The notes below the pieces were generated by a model. The model worked only from the letters and a program-made list of their open reading frames with translations. It did not search any database and was not told where the DNA came from. A stretch of 63,676 nt of DNA from Octopus bimaculoides (taxonomy: Eukaryota). Position 1 is the first letter of the stretch; every line of letters starts with the position of its first letter. Where the stretch lies: assembly GCF_001194135.2 (NCBI RefSeq), contig NC_068992.1, positions 53,915,723 to 53,979,398 of the forward strand, read 5' to 3'. This document shows positions 12,661-26,212 of the stretch, piece after piece. Both the position numbers and the translations under genes were made by a program.

Positions 12661-13285
12661 AATGTCTGAATAGACGATTGAAGATTGAACGAAGATTTCT
12701 TGCCTTTTGCATATACGACGGCGTAAGTAGTTTGAGAGAAAACCTGGATATACGTGACAACAGACATACCATGGTCTGGTATGGCCATGTAATGCATATG
12801 GACGAAGATGTTTGCATCAAGAAGTGTCTATCTCTAATTGTAGATGGAAACGTGTGGTAGGGGTAAACCCAGGAAGACGTGGGACGAATTGGTGAGAAAG
12901 GATCTACAGACATTAGGACTCGTAGAGGTGATGGCAAGGGAGTGAGACTCCTGCCAGTTTGCTGTACTTGAAAAGATACGTCAAGCTAAGTACAAGCACG
13001 GTTACCCTTACATACAACCCCCTCTAGCTGAGCATCCCTAACCTTGCGGGCTTGTAGGTGTTGGTTCTACGTAAAAATTCCCCGGCCCCGTGCTGTTGCG
13101 TAAAAGCACCCAGTACACTCTGTAAAGTGATCGGCATTAGGAAGGGCATCCAACCGCAGAAAGCATGCCAAAAAAGACATGATGTCTCAACGACCCTTCA
13201 GCTGTTCAATTCCTGTCAGATCGGTTAATCCTTACCAGCATGGAAAACGGATGTTAAACGATGATGAGGAGGAGGATGGGGAGGA
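12661..13285 (+). mobile_element. 5'-truncated RTE-clade LINE: end of ORF plus 3' UTR and tail
   Basis: WYGHVMHMDEDVCIKKC then (frameshift) CGRGKPRKTWDELVRKDLQTLGL, a typical RTE C-terminus; UTR with ggcattaggaagggcatcca and the tail ccagcatggaaaacggatgttaaacgatgatga. Confidence 0.85.
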
Positions 13286-14327
13286 ATATATTCAGTATCG
13301 TTGTATTCATTACAGATTAAACAGCAGCGTTTGTTCTTTAAAAAATAATTCAAAACAATATATATATATATATATTTAAATTAAATAATTTATTACCCAT
13401 AATTATAATATTATATTGGTAAGAGGATTACGAAATCATGACTCATGGTGATTTTGAAATCCGTTGCTGTGGACGGTATCTTTAAACAAATCAGTAAAAG
13501 AAAATAAAGCGCCTTAGAAACAATTTTAACGTTGAATAATTACGCAACCAATTTGTATGAACAATTAAAACCTCAGATAACCATCGTGAAAACGTATTGA
13601 AAAATGTTATTTTTGAGTCATAAATATTTTAAGTGGTATAATCATTGGTTGAAAATCCAGGATCAAAATATTCGTAGTTATTTAGAATATTAAGCCTCGT
13701 GTTAGTGCATGTTTTAAAATAAAACGGCATTAATAATTAAACAGCATCAGTAAAATTCCTGTAATCCTTCTTGGCAAGAAAACGAGGGATACTAAAATGA
13801 GATATTTTGCTGTTTTATTGTTCAGTGACAATTTTTTTCAATAGCAAAATCCATGTTTACAATATTGAAAAATTTTGGTTTTTATTTTGATCGTTTTGGA
13901 CATCGCTTGTTAATAATAAGCGTTAATATACAAATTAATGCTAATATTATTAATAGCCGTTAAAATATTAATGCGTTTTAGAATAAAATTTTTGTAACAA
14001 CTACTTTTATTAGAAATGAATTTCAATTTTGTAAAATTTCTTGTTTCCTGACATGTAAAATATTTAGCACGTGGTATCGATTTGAGCGGCCACAAAGGCA
14101 GTTAGGTTATTGTAACAAATATCAGTAAAGAACTTTCTATGAACTCGGTCAATGAGCTAAATAGAGTAGCCAAATCATGTTTTATCATGCTAAAAACATT
14201 GAATGTCTGTATGTAAAGAATATTGCATCTGAAAATCCTGAGAATAGGTTATATTTGATCACGATCAAGGCTAATATTTTGAGGATAAACCAGAAAAGGA
14301 ACTACGAGTAAACTTCCTGTCAGTACT

Positions 14328-14331
14328 GGTA

Positions 14332-14365
<34 letters not shown>

Positions 14366-14392
14366 AGCTACTACTACTACTACTACTACTAC

Positions 14393-14426
<34 letters not shown>
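14328..14426. repeat. (TAC)n(TGC)n(TAC)n(TAA)n compound triplet repeat continuous with a SINE tail
   Basis: Direct inspection. Confidence 0.95.
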
Positions 14427-14603
14427 CCTTTCTACTATAAGCACGAGGTCTGAAATTTGGAGAGAGGGGACTAGTCGATTACATCGACACAAGTGTTTCA
14501 CTGAGATTTAATTTCTCGACACCTAAAGGATGAAATGCAAAGTCGACCTCGGAGGAACTTGAACTCGCTTCAGGCGAAATACAGCTAAGCATTTCGTCCA
14601 GCG
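14421..14603 (-). mobile_element. SINE family A (tail type ii)
   Basis: aataatcctttctactataagcac...aaagtcgacctcggaggaacttgaactc...gctaagcatttcg. Confidence 0.88.
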
Positions 14604-14621
14604 AATAATAACAACAACAAC

Positions 14622-14682
<61 letters not shown>
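14604..14682. repeat. (AAC/AAT)n microsatellite
   Basis: Direct inspection. Confidence 0.97.
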
Positions 14683-14685
<3 letters not shown>

Positions 14686-15859
14686 GGATGTGCTCCACCG
14701 GGCTCTCCATTCAAAAACAGATCTAATCTAATAATATCGGTGGAATAGGATAAAATAACATGTGGAAGACTTGAAGGAAGCAGCTTTTTAATGAAAATAA
14801 TCGCAAAAACGAAATTTCAATGCCATACAAAGCACAGTTTCTGCCGTGCACCACATCTCAATGAAACATATGCGAAACGCCAAATCAATATCGGAAATCT
14901 TAGAAATTATAAAATATAAATTGAACAAAAGATTAAGTACGCAAAATGATTAATTAAGCATACTCACGAATGTCTACATTATCATATATACATTATAGTA
15001 CCCATAGGACTACACATACATCTCAATGTTTACACAACTACGTGAAATTTACACAGCTATGTGAGTTTAGAGAGTGAACAGTTCATAAGTTTAAAAACAC
15101 CACAAAAAACTATGCCCGGAGATAGATCTATCAACAAATAAAAATGCAGACGAATACAGATCTGTTAGCCTTAAGAAGTTATGTTACGAGCAATGCTTTC
15201 ATTCAGAGAACTTGAAGGCGTGTTGTCTCAAAAATTTAACCCTAAATAGACAGATCCGTCCCCTAATGTCGACGTCCAAGCTCATCATGCCTCAATGATA
15301 AAAATGCAAAATACAAACCGCATCGCCGTCACCAGTATCACGAAGGGCCGGGTACTGGTTCAAATCTTCCCGACACAAAGGAGCTTGTTATATGGCACCT
15401 TAGTCATATCACCAACTTGAATTTCTAAATTGTTGTCTGCTGAGGTCTCTGGGTGAGAGTTGAAGTCGACTTGTACAAATACAAAGCAAACGTCCAACAT
15501 ATAGTAATAATGAAATTAATGTTGTATTTGTGAATTTTTCGAATACGAAATCAAGTATAGACACCACTCGAGTTCAAGATGGAGATTCCTTTCATTCACT
15601 AGCAAAGTTTCAGAAATATTCATGGATATTTAAGCAACTTGATTTTCTCAGATTGAGTTGACAGATTTATTTTTTCACTCACAATCAAACAGCCCCCAAA
15701 AATCGCATATATACACGCATGCACTCGTGTAAAAATATGCTAAATGTATAACGTGTATTACCTGCCATTCGTACAAAATTGCATACATGTGTGAGTGTGT
15801 ATGCGTAGCGAAAAACTGGACAAAATGGTCAGTTGAAGACATTAATATATCTGAGTGCG

Positions 15860-16562
15860 TGTGCGTGTGTGTGTGTGTGTGTGCGTGCGTGTATAAGTGC
15901 GCAAATATGCGTGTATATGAATACATACATACGTTTATATATANNNNNNNNNNNNNNNNNNNNNNNNNNNNNNNNNNNNNNNNNNNNNNNNNNNNNNNNN
16001 NNNNNNNNNNNNNNNNNNNNNNNNNNNNNNNNNNNNNNNNNNNNNNNNNNNNNNNNNNNNNNNNNNNNNNNNNNNNNNNNNNNNNNNNNNNNNNNNNNNN
16101 NNNNNNNNNNNNNNNNNNNNNNNNNNNNNNNNNNNNNNNNNNNNNNNNNNNNNNNNNNNNNNNNNNNNNNNNNNNNNNNNNNNNNNNNNNNNNNNNNNNN
16201 NNNNNNNNNNNNNNNNNNNNNNNNNNNNNNNNNNNNNNNNNNNNNNNNNNNNNNNNNNNNNNNNNNNNNNNNNNNNNNNNNNNNNNNNNNNNNNNNNNNN
16301 NNNNNNNNNNNNNNNNNNNNNNNNNNNNNNNNNNNNNNNNNNNNNNNNNNNNNNNNNNNNNNNNNNNNNNNNNNNNNNNNNNNNNNNNNNNNNNNNNNNN
16401 NNNNNNNNNNNNNNNNNNNNNNNNNNNNNNNNNNNNNNNNNNNNNNNNNNNNNNNNNNNNNNNNNNNNNNNNNNNNNNNNNNNNNNNNNNNNNNNNNNNN
16501 NNNNNNNNNNNNNNNNNNNNNNNNNNNNNNNNNNNNNNNNNNNNNNNNNNNNNNNNNNNNNN

Positions 16563-16612
<50 letters not shown>
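15860..16612. other. Assembly gap (N 15944-16562) with TG/TA flanks
   Basis: N run. Confidence 0.99.
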
Positions 16613-16614
<2 letters not shown>

Positions 16615-17168
16615 CACTGCATATATTATACCGCCATTTCGTGTCCTCGCAAAATATAAGCTAGATTAGCTGCTGTTACGTTACTTTGTTCTTTATTATA
16701 TACTGTACAGCATTTATATTTATTTTATAAACCACTCATTTACTACTGTTACGTTTGTCTTCATATATGATCTGTTCCATTGTTTTACCATTGAGTTTTG
16801 ATAATACTGCTGAAAAGCATTATATTTTGCACGCTTCTTATTATTATTACCTCTATTTTATAACCTTGTACTATCTCAAAATAGCATTATTCCCTATAAC
16901 CTGTCATTTTTTTAATATATACCCATATGCATACAAATATATATATATATATCTATATTTTTACTTGCGTTTTAGTTCTTTCTTTGGAGGATACAGGTAT
17001 TTATCATTCTTTATATTTTATGTCCCTATTCGTCTGTCGCTGTTCGGTATTTATTAACTGATATATGTTTTAATATCTATATTTGCTTGACATAGTTTCA
17101 TATTTTCATGTAGTGTTCTTTATTTTTATTTTCACAATTCTTTATATGCATGGGCGAAAGATCTGTGC

Positions 17169-17297
17169 AATAATAATAATAACAATAATAATAATAATGA
17201 ATGACAACAATATAATAATATAACAACAGCAACAAAAATATTAATAAAATGACTATTATCATCATCATCATTATTATTATTGTTGTTGTTGTTGTTG

Positions 17298-17373
<76 letters not shown>

Positions 17374-18074
17374 CGTTATTATTGTTTCAATAAATTGGGT
17401 AGAGTCATAGCTTGAGATAACACCAAATGTGAAACAAAGGAAGTTGTGGCATATATCAGAACTCTTATATACGAAAAGCAAGATGAAAAAATATCAAAAT
17501 ATCAAATATAAAAATACTTGATAATTTGCATGTTGTAATTCATATACATTATATATAAGTGTGCCTGTGTGTTTGTGTGTATGTGTATACATCTATTAAT
17601 CGTACGAATTATAATTTGGGGCGGAAAAACTAAAGCGTGTTTCATATTTTCTTCTATATAGTTTACCTAAGCTTGACTATTGCTACCAAAGTTATCATTG
17701 CTTAAATGTAACCCCACAGTTTTTAGATATTTGTATATTACATTGACAACACAGTTAAATTTTGTTTGTGCTCTGATCGTGGTCTATATTCTAATACTTG
17801 TTTTATTCGATATCATTTCGACTGTCTTTTCGATAGCATTGACTGGGCGTATGTGATATATTTATGATATGTATATTTTTCCAGATTTTTTGTACTCACA
17901 GCCACAATTGATGGCAGTTATTTAGGTGCATATACTGCCTAGATCTCTCGTGCTTCTGATTATATTCATATATGACTACTTTCACGACATTCTTAGTAAT
18001 AGGAACAACAGTAGTAGTAGTAGTAGTAGTCATTATTATTGGAATTAGTATTATTACTTTTATTATTATTACTA

Positions 18075-18166
<92 letters not shown>

Positions 18167-18170
18167 CAAT
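17169..18170. repeat. Two compound triplet microsatellites (17169-17380; 18010-18170)
   Basis: (AAT)/(ATC)/(ATT)/(GTT) and (GTA)/(TTA)/(TCA) runs. Confidence 0.95.
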
Positions 18171-19784
18171 ATATCCTATTAAATCCTCCTGTGCAATCAC
18201 AAACGCATAAAATACCACAACTACCTCCAAGCATATTCTATAGAATTACCACCAAGTAACATAAGACAACACGTGATTTCCACACTATTTGAAAAATAAA
18301 TATTCTTTTCTGGCACATCAAAGCAAACTTCATGCTGCATAATAACATAATTCTGTATCCCTAAATGAAATATTGCACATACACCGCAGGAACAGAGAAT
18401 TGTACTACTGTCATAGAAGACGCTCTCACAAAATTGATGAAAACGTTATGATAACATTTATATCAATAATAAGAAATATCTAACCTGAAAACAGGACTGC
18501 AAATGTCATGCTAAGGCGATACCACAAAATACCTTTGTAGATAATATGTGGTAAAATTAATCAATGCTAAAATACATAACGAAAACTGAAATCATGGCTA
18601 TAAAGCGAATGTTTTGAAAGCTGCACCGAAGTATTTTTATTTGTAGCAAAAAATCCATCCCAATGGAAACTACTAAACATATATGAAGCAGCATACAAAT
18701 ATTACTGAAGATTATGGAAACAGTAAATTGTATTGTCTTTGACAGATAACAAGCAAAAGCACGCTTAAAGATAGCATATGCATGAAACTCGAGACGCCTA
18801 CGGGAGAAGTACATTAAAAATAATACGCTATAGTTTTATTAAATAATCTCTTTTGATAACAAAGTAGTATGTTTGAACATACGTAAGTACGCATGTACAT
18901 CCTTTAATTCCTTTCAAACGATGATCAAATTGACAATTAATGACGTCATGAAGAAATACTTACTGCAAATACATTATATTAACTTAAGCTTCACACAATC
19001 GTAGAGAATGAGAAAGTAAGTAAGCTCTAGGATATGCGAATTTATTGAGGCATTGAAGCTAAAGAAAATCTACTGGATGCTTTTGCCAATTAACCACAGG
19101 ACAGAATATGTCTCCCAACTTTTGTATGAGTTTCGTTGAAATATAGTGTATCTCTAAAACAAATTGATAATTTAATTCAAAATTGAACAAATAAAAACTG
19201 AGATACCAAATTATGAAATACTTGAAATATTGTAAGCATAATCAATACGTGTAATAACAGATATTTTGAAATGATTAACACCAATGTTACAGACACAGAC
19301 ATAGCCTAAATTCTAGATGTTGCACTTATACGTAACATGCAGATTCTAGAACTGCTAGACATTATATACAGCTTAACTAGTGTATTTTTAATATATGATA
19401 ATTAAACACAACGAAACACGAAACAAGGCAAAACACCCCACCTATCCAAACATAAAATGCAGCTTTGAGTTATGCAGTAAAATCATATGTAAACGCAATA
19501 TGATGGTTTTCCTGTTAAATGTGTGCAATCGATTATATCGGCCCAGTACTTGCGCTTGTTTTCGACCCAGTAGGTATGAAAATCAAAGCTGACACTGACG
19601 AGGTTTGACCCAACAAATTAATGTCACTTATAGAATAAAACTTTATTTCTGTCGTACTGATTCCTCATATTCACTGTCTGAGGGGAGGAATAAGAGAGGT
19701 GTCGGTCTATGTGACTGGATTTGAAATCAGAATGTAAATACATTTGCTTATATATATATGGTAGTATCTTGTAGTCCGAGAAAG

Positions 19785-20102
19785 ACCGTTCTGCAATTTC
19801 TTGCTGAACAACTTGCACAAATGATTCGCTTATAGTGATCAAATCTATGTACTGTACATTGGCGAACTTCTTCCATCAAATGATTCGCTTATAGTGATCA
19901 AATCTATGTACTGTACATTGGCGAATTTCTTCCATCAAATCGATATTGGCTGTATAGGTGAACAGTGTACCACACGTCGGTTCTTGAAGTGATCGCAGAG
20001 CAACGTGAAAGGAAGTGTTTTGTTTAAGAAGACGACGCATCACCTGGTCTAGGAATTGAAACCACGATCTGGCGAGTAACACTCTAATCACTAGGCAATG
20101 CG
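19785..20102 (-). mobile_element. SINE family C with internal 59-bp tandem duplication
   Basis: Alignable to 12420-12657; head seen as ggtctaggaattgaaaccacgatc...aacactctaatcactagg. Confidence 0.8.
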
Positions 20103-21860
20103 CTCTCGACTCATTACTTATATACTGTACTCTCTTGCATGACTTCCTACAATTTCTCCTACCTTACACGCAAAGATGGAATCTGAAATCGTGTCTTTAT
20201 TTAATATTTCAGTGTCAGCTTACGTAAATATCTGAATATTTTCTGATCTCTTGCGCAAATTAAAAAAGCAAAAAAAAAAGCAGTAGTGTATTCAAGAATG
20301 TGATCTAATGAAATTTCTCAAGAATATCCGAATACACATGAAAAATACATTTGAACACGGATTTCTATTAAATTAAGCATATATGAAGCAAATATTAAAT
20401 TGCATTTATTATACACACCGAAATATATAGCTGAACTGAAGCATTTAACGCACGGACATGTAGACATGCGATATCATGTAATGTTCCGTTCCACACGACG
20501 ATGAAGTTGATGATGATGGTGTTGGTGTTAGTGTTGGTGATAGCAATAATGATATTAAATTAGGCATACGTTATATTAATTCATTTTTAATAAGACAATC
20601 TAAATATATATCTAATATTTAATATGCTCATGCATAGAATGTACACAGATTTTATTATAGTGTAGTCATGAGGAAAGGTATGATGCATGACTTTTGCAGG
20701 CTCATAGAAACTGGAAAGGTTAATATTCTGTTTCAACATCTGTAAGACGGCAACCGCTGAAAATAATGTGAACGTGAAGTGATTACGAGGTGGTTAACAT
20801 TCTCGAAAGAAATAATTCTGTAGGTGGATAGTCGGTGACTGGAGGGATAGGAGTAACATTATTAGCGCACTGAATAAAAACGATGGGTTAATCGTGTGGT
20901 ACCAGGCTGCATTTGTAAGCAATTGTCTGCTTTTGAGAAGCATAAACGTTTGAAATAATAGTATAATGGATCGAGAGAGGACTCTGCAATACTTGGAAAA
21001 GATGTTCACGCTAATATATTTTTGCTCAAAGTTAGCCATGATCGAGTAAATCTATGACCAGGGAGTTTTTACCCGTGGCCATCCTCTTTTAACTCTTATG
21101 TGGTTGGAACCCAGGAACGTAATATCCACCGTCTTTTTCTAAGTCGAGTGATCATATGAAAGTGTCTCAGAGGGCATACAGAGGGCTCGGTAATAAAGAT
21201 TGTAGTATATTGGTTACTGTACATCTGCAAAACAATTAATTGTTGACATTTTTGGTGTAATAAAAGGCATTAAAATACGTTAAAGAACATCAATTTAAAA
21301 CAGGAAAAAATGTGGTAACACAATGTATCAAATTTAGCTTATGACAACAATCCGGCTATCATCATTTGGGACATGCCTATCCCGACTGTGAACGCATCAA
21401 AGCAAAGCTTTCTCGGGTCAAATTTTCGATCAATGTAATATTCTCTTCTGCCAATCACATCGAAGCTCTCTCTTTTCCCTTAAAGCGGCTTATATCGCGA
21501 TGATCATTGACTCAAAACATGGCTCAAAACACAACTAATTCAAATTCTCCAATAGTTCTCACATACAGAACAACCGCCAAAGGGACATTATAAAATATAT
21601 TCCTAGTGACACAACAAATTTTAAACAAACATCATACAAAGGATAAAATTCACATAGCATAGATTCTACAACAGAAACAAACAAAACAGATGAACAACAT
21701 TACTATAATCCTGCTTATGTAGTACAACCAAAATCCTTCACTAAGAAAGACCAAAGTTGTATAAAAATATAATGATAGAAATGGTGGTGACGGAAAAGTT
21801 GCTATAGATTTGTTGAAAATAACCGGGAATACTATATATCTATATTACTTTCTAACATAT

Positions 21861-22055
21861 AATAATCCTTCTATATAGGCACAAGGCCTGACGTTTATGG
21901 GAAGGGGCTATAGAATGAGACTTATTTTATTGAACCTGAAAGGATGAAAGGCAAAAACAAATTCGGCGGAATTTGAACTCATAAACATATGACGGACAAA
22001 AAACAAAGCCTTAAAGCTTTTGCCCGGCGTGCTAACGATTCTGCCAGTTCGCCGC
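21861..22055 (-). mobile_element. SINE family A (tail type ii), near full length
   Basis: Ends in ttgcccggcgtgctaacgattctgccagttcgccgc (reverse complement of the head). Confidence 0.92.
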
Positions 22056-23164
22056 TATATTTCTAATATAAATGATGCCACTTATTCTCGAAGAAGGTAC
22101 AATCGTATATTATCGACCTCGCTACATGACATTCATATTAGCGACCTTGCAAACATAAAAGGCAATGTTATTCTCGTTAGGATTCGAAGTCAAAGTGAAA
22201 AGTGACAAAGCACCACAATTCGTCCGTTAATCTATCGAATTTGTCAGCCACCCAATAGCAACAGAAAGAAAAGCTGGTAACAGTCGAATTAGCTAAATTA
22301 GAAATCAATAAATTTTCCGATATTTTATTAAACATAAATCAATTTTATGTATTTTATGAAACATGAATTTAATGACATAAATGTGGTGTTTTCCATAGAA
22401 GGACACAGAAATCCTATCTATAATAATTTTCTATAAATTTGGCACAGAAATCAACAATGTTTATATAGGTGGTGCAAGTCTTACATATATATATATATAT
22501 ACTATTAGATGTACGGAAATTATTTAAACAGCTTACTTTTAAAAAAATTAAAGACCCGGCTATGAGTATAATCATTTTGATTCAATATTTATTCTTCCTT
22601 AATAGTCGTCATGGATTATAAAGACCAAAAACATTACTATGTATTTTAGCAATGCAAAGCCTTCTTCGTCAACTTTTTAATGAATTTAGAACAATAGAAC
22701 AATCTTTTCAGTTTTACAGTCGGCATTAAAGGACGAAGGGAATAATGCTGGAACTGCTAAAATCGTCATCGCCGGATACTAAATTCTTTAATATTTAACT
22801 AACATTCATTCAATAGTTTATTGCGCCTGCGCTAAATATGTGCGAACTTGTCTGTGCTAGGATATGCGTACATCTATACACACATACATACATATATATA
22901 TATGTAGGACATTTATAAGTAATCACTACAACTGTTTTCACGCTACATAGCTCTCCAGGCTTGCACGAATTTGGTTTTGTAACCGTTTTACAAATAAATG
23001 TCGAGCTGTACTATTTGTTGACACCAACATATTCAATTATCCATTCGCACACTACAGAAGCCCCAACGCAAACCTGGCCATGTGTATGATACTGCTACTT
23101 CACAACACCTGTGAAATCTGAAGGTGGATGTGCTTCATACAGGACTTTATTACGCTCTTAACAG

Positions 23165-23218
<54 letters not shown>

Positions 23219-23735
23219 CGTACACACACATACACGCACACACATACACACATATACACACTCACACGCAAATATAAATGTTCAAAAAACTTTTACGTAG
23301 AAAAAAGCTCGAAATGTTTTACATTTTTTTATAACCGTATTAGCTTTGAAACTCATCTTTCAAAAGATTTATTTCACATTCTCGAAGCTTCTACGCTTTC
23401 CCGATGTAAACATATGTACGCACCTGCGGTGCGATGTCTGCATCGCAATGTAAGGGCTGTGAGATATATTAAAAATATATGTTACGCAAATTAAGAGCTA
23501 TCATAGACAGAACTCAATACGCTGCATAGAGAGAATAGACAGGTCGTGAACAGCCGAGCCCAGCGTGAAACTCTGAGTAGACTGCCAAAGTTTGCAGTAA
23601 TAAATACATCAACACAGATATATTCACATATACATACACACACACACACACATATATATACACACANNNNNNNNNNGTATATATATATATATATAGATTG
23701 ATAGATAGAGAGATAGAGAGATAGATACATATATA
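23165..23735. repeat. (CA)n and (CA)/(TA)/(GATA) microsatellites with a 10-N gap (23667-23676)
   Basis: Direct inspection. Confidence 0.93.
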
Positions 23736-24205
23736 TGCGTGTTTGTGCTTATACATCCTGCCACGCACCGGCTTCCCGCATAGAAATGTATATATACCAC
23801 AGAATCCAGGATATAGGTCTTATGATCTTAAGGCTCGGGAAGGACTCTTTGTGTATATGTAGTGTAGAAGAGTATATGGTATAGAGAAAAGTACATATTT
23901 CTGAATAATTTCAGTGTATAAATTGTATAGTTAATAAAAAGAACATCAATATATGATTTTCCCCAGTTCCCAAATTTAATTTCGAACAGAAGTAAGCTTC
24001 ACTATTTTCTTAGATTTTCTATGCATTTTACCACTAAACATATTCCTTTATATCAGCATATAAAATGCAATTTGAGCCTTTTATTGATTAAGCACGATCT
24101 ACATCTGGCTTTTATGTTCGTGATTTAATACGTGATATATTTTACATTTCCATGTTAGTGTATCAGTGCTAAGCCATCACCAGTGTTTTTAAATAATAAT
24201 GGAGA

Positions 24206-24253
<48 letters not shown>

Positions 24254-24930
24254 NNNNNNNNNNNNNNNNNNNNNNNNNNNNNNNNNNNNNNNNNNNNNNN
24301 NNNNNNNNNNNNNNNNNNNNNNNNNNNNNNNNNNNNNNNNNNNNNNNNNNNNNNNNNNNNNNNNNNNNNNNNNNNNNNNNNNNNNNNNNNNNNNNNNNNN
24401 NNNNNNNNNNNNNNNNNNNNNNNNNNNNNNNNNNNNNNNNNNNNNNNNNNNNNNNNNNNNNNNNNNNNNNNNNNNNNNNNNNNNNNNNNNNNNNNNNNNN
24501 NNNNNNNNNNNNNNNNNNNNNNNNNNNNNNNNNNNNNNNNNNNNNNNNNNNNNNNNNNNNNNNNNNNNNNNNNNNNNNNNNNNNNNNNNNNNNNNNNNNN
24601 NNNNNNNNNNNNNNNNNNNNNNNNNNNNNNNNNNNNNNNNNNNNNNNNNNNNNNNNNNNNNNNNNNNNNNNNNNNNNNNNNNNNNNNNNNNNNNNNNNNN
24701 NNNNNNNNNNNNNNNNNNNNNNNNNNNNNNNNNNNNNNNNNNNNNNNNNNNNNNNNNNNNNNNNNNNNNNNNNNNNNNNNNNNNNNNNNNNNNNNNNNNN
24801 NNNNNNNNNNNNNNNNNNNNNNNNNNNNNNNNNNNNNNNNNNNNNNNNNNNNNNNNNNNNNNNNNNNNNNNNNNNNNNNNNNNNNNNNNNNNNNNNNNNN
24901 NNNNNNNNNNNNNNNNNNNNNNNNNNNNNN

Positions 24931-25017
<87 letters not shown>
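24206..25017. other. Assembly gap (N 24254-24930) with TA/CA flanks
   Basis: N run. Confidence 0.99.
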
Positions 25018-25019
<2 letters not shown>

Positions 25020-25124
25020 AATCCATCCATCTTCGTCACCCACTATCCCTGGAAGTCTCGCGGTAGTAGAGCCCAGAAGGAGCTCCTCCGTATGGTCCTA
25101 CCAGAAACGTAAAGATCGAATCCT

Positions 25125-25335
25125 GGAACTGGCATATTACTGTGCCAGCAATTACAATTCTAGCCTTTAATGTAGTATCCTGCCTTCCATTACTCATGAA
25201 TACGACTCCGAGATACTTAAAATTCTCCACCCCATTCAGTGATGTTGCACTAACATGCAGTGTGTAGTAGGACGTATTTGTTGAGAGCACGAATGTGTCA
25301 GTCATCGTAACACTAATTCTCATCCTTGATTTACA
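25125..25335 (-). mobile_element. RTE-clade LINE reverse-transcriptase fragment
   Basis: MRISVTMTDTFVLS..VENFKYLGVVFMSNGRQD..ARI: the distal RT FKYLG motif and following helix. Confidence 0.8.
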
Positions 25336-25560
25336 GCACTGCACACTGAGCCCACTCAGTGCATGCTGGAGTCACTTTCAGATGGATCAAATAACACCTT
25401 GACGTCTGCAAATATCAGCCGACCGCTTGTGGAAGCTCTTTTACACTGGCAGAGCATGTCAATCCAGTTCATAAAAAAATTATGAAAAAGAACTGTTTCG
25501 ACATAGCACCATCTATCCTAAAACAGACATCTGGGCATTCATAAAAGGATTTCACCCCGC

Positions 25561-25562
25561 CA

Positions 25563-25593
<31 letters not shown>

Positions 25594-25680
25594 GCGCAAA
25601 ACAGCAACAAAAACAACAACAACGACGACGACGATCACAACCACACACGCACACACATATACATGTACGTGTGTGTGCAC
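25561..25680. repeat. (CA)9(CG)9 plus (AAC)/(GAC) and CA/TG repeats; Z-DNA-prone
   Basis: Uninterrupted cgcgcgcgcgcgcgcgcgc at 25579-25597. Confidence 0.95.
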
Positions 25681-25889
25681 GCCAGGTCCGTGTAATGTTA
25701 CTGGTGACAAGTAATCCAATGCAACCATTTGCGTGGGCGAGTCGTCGGCAATTAAACGGGCAACCGTATGGAGCATGCTTGGTAAGAAGGGCCATTTTTT
25801 GGACACACTGCTTGATGCAAAACAAGATCTGTCAATAGGCGGAAGAACTCCGTTGAGTAAACGATCATCCAGTGTGGTCAAGTGATGAT

Positions 25890-26212
25890 GGTGCTAATTA
25901 GCCGCAATGGAGGCAGTCCATCTAAGAGATGAAAATCTCTGAAATAAAAACCGTTCAGCGAACACTTGCAACCAGCTGATTCTAGTTTGCACAGAAATAC
26001 TATGATATGAAAATGTCTCACACCATTGGCCTGTCTGAGTTATTTCATTTAAATCTTTTTTTCGTTTAGATTATGCAAATTACTAATTAAACAGAACAGC
26101 ACAATTAGAAATGTTCCTTGCTTGCAGACAAAACCAGACTGGCCTTTCGTTAAATATGCAAATTAAATCGAGAAATTAATTGTTAATTTATTGAAATCGC
26201 CTTAATTAAGCT
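25890..26212. promoter_or_regulatory. Candidate enhancer: POU octamers plus homeodomain TAAT cluster
   Basis: ATGCAAAT at 26073-26080 and 26156-26163; palindromes GCTAATTAGC (25893-25902) and CTTAATTAAG (26201-26210); TAATTA at 26084; E-box CAGCTG at 25974. Confidence 0.4.

Noticed and set aside
18941-18948. Isolated full CRE
   Set aside because: No TATA/Inr at suitable spacing; compatible with chance
25686-25781. Plus-strand 96-nt exon (CAG...TTG then GTAAGA)
   Set aside because: No polypyrimidine tract (only TG repeats) and an unrecognisable peptide
25552-25893. Minus-strand frame HHHHLTTLDDRLLNGVLPPIDRS...ALDYLSPVTLHGPG as a coding exon
   Set aside because: It looks protein-like, but there is an in-frame stop right before it, no canonical donor, and it runs into microsatellite; the better upstream acceptors give stops in all frames
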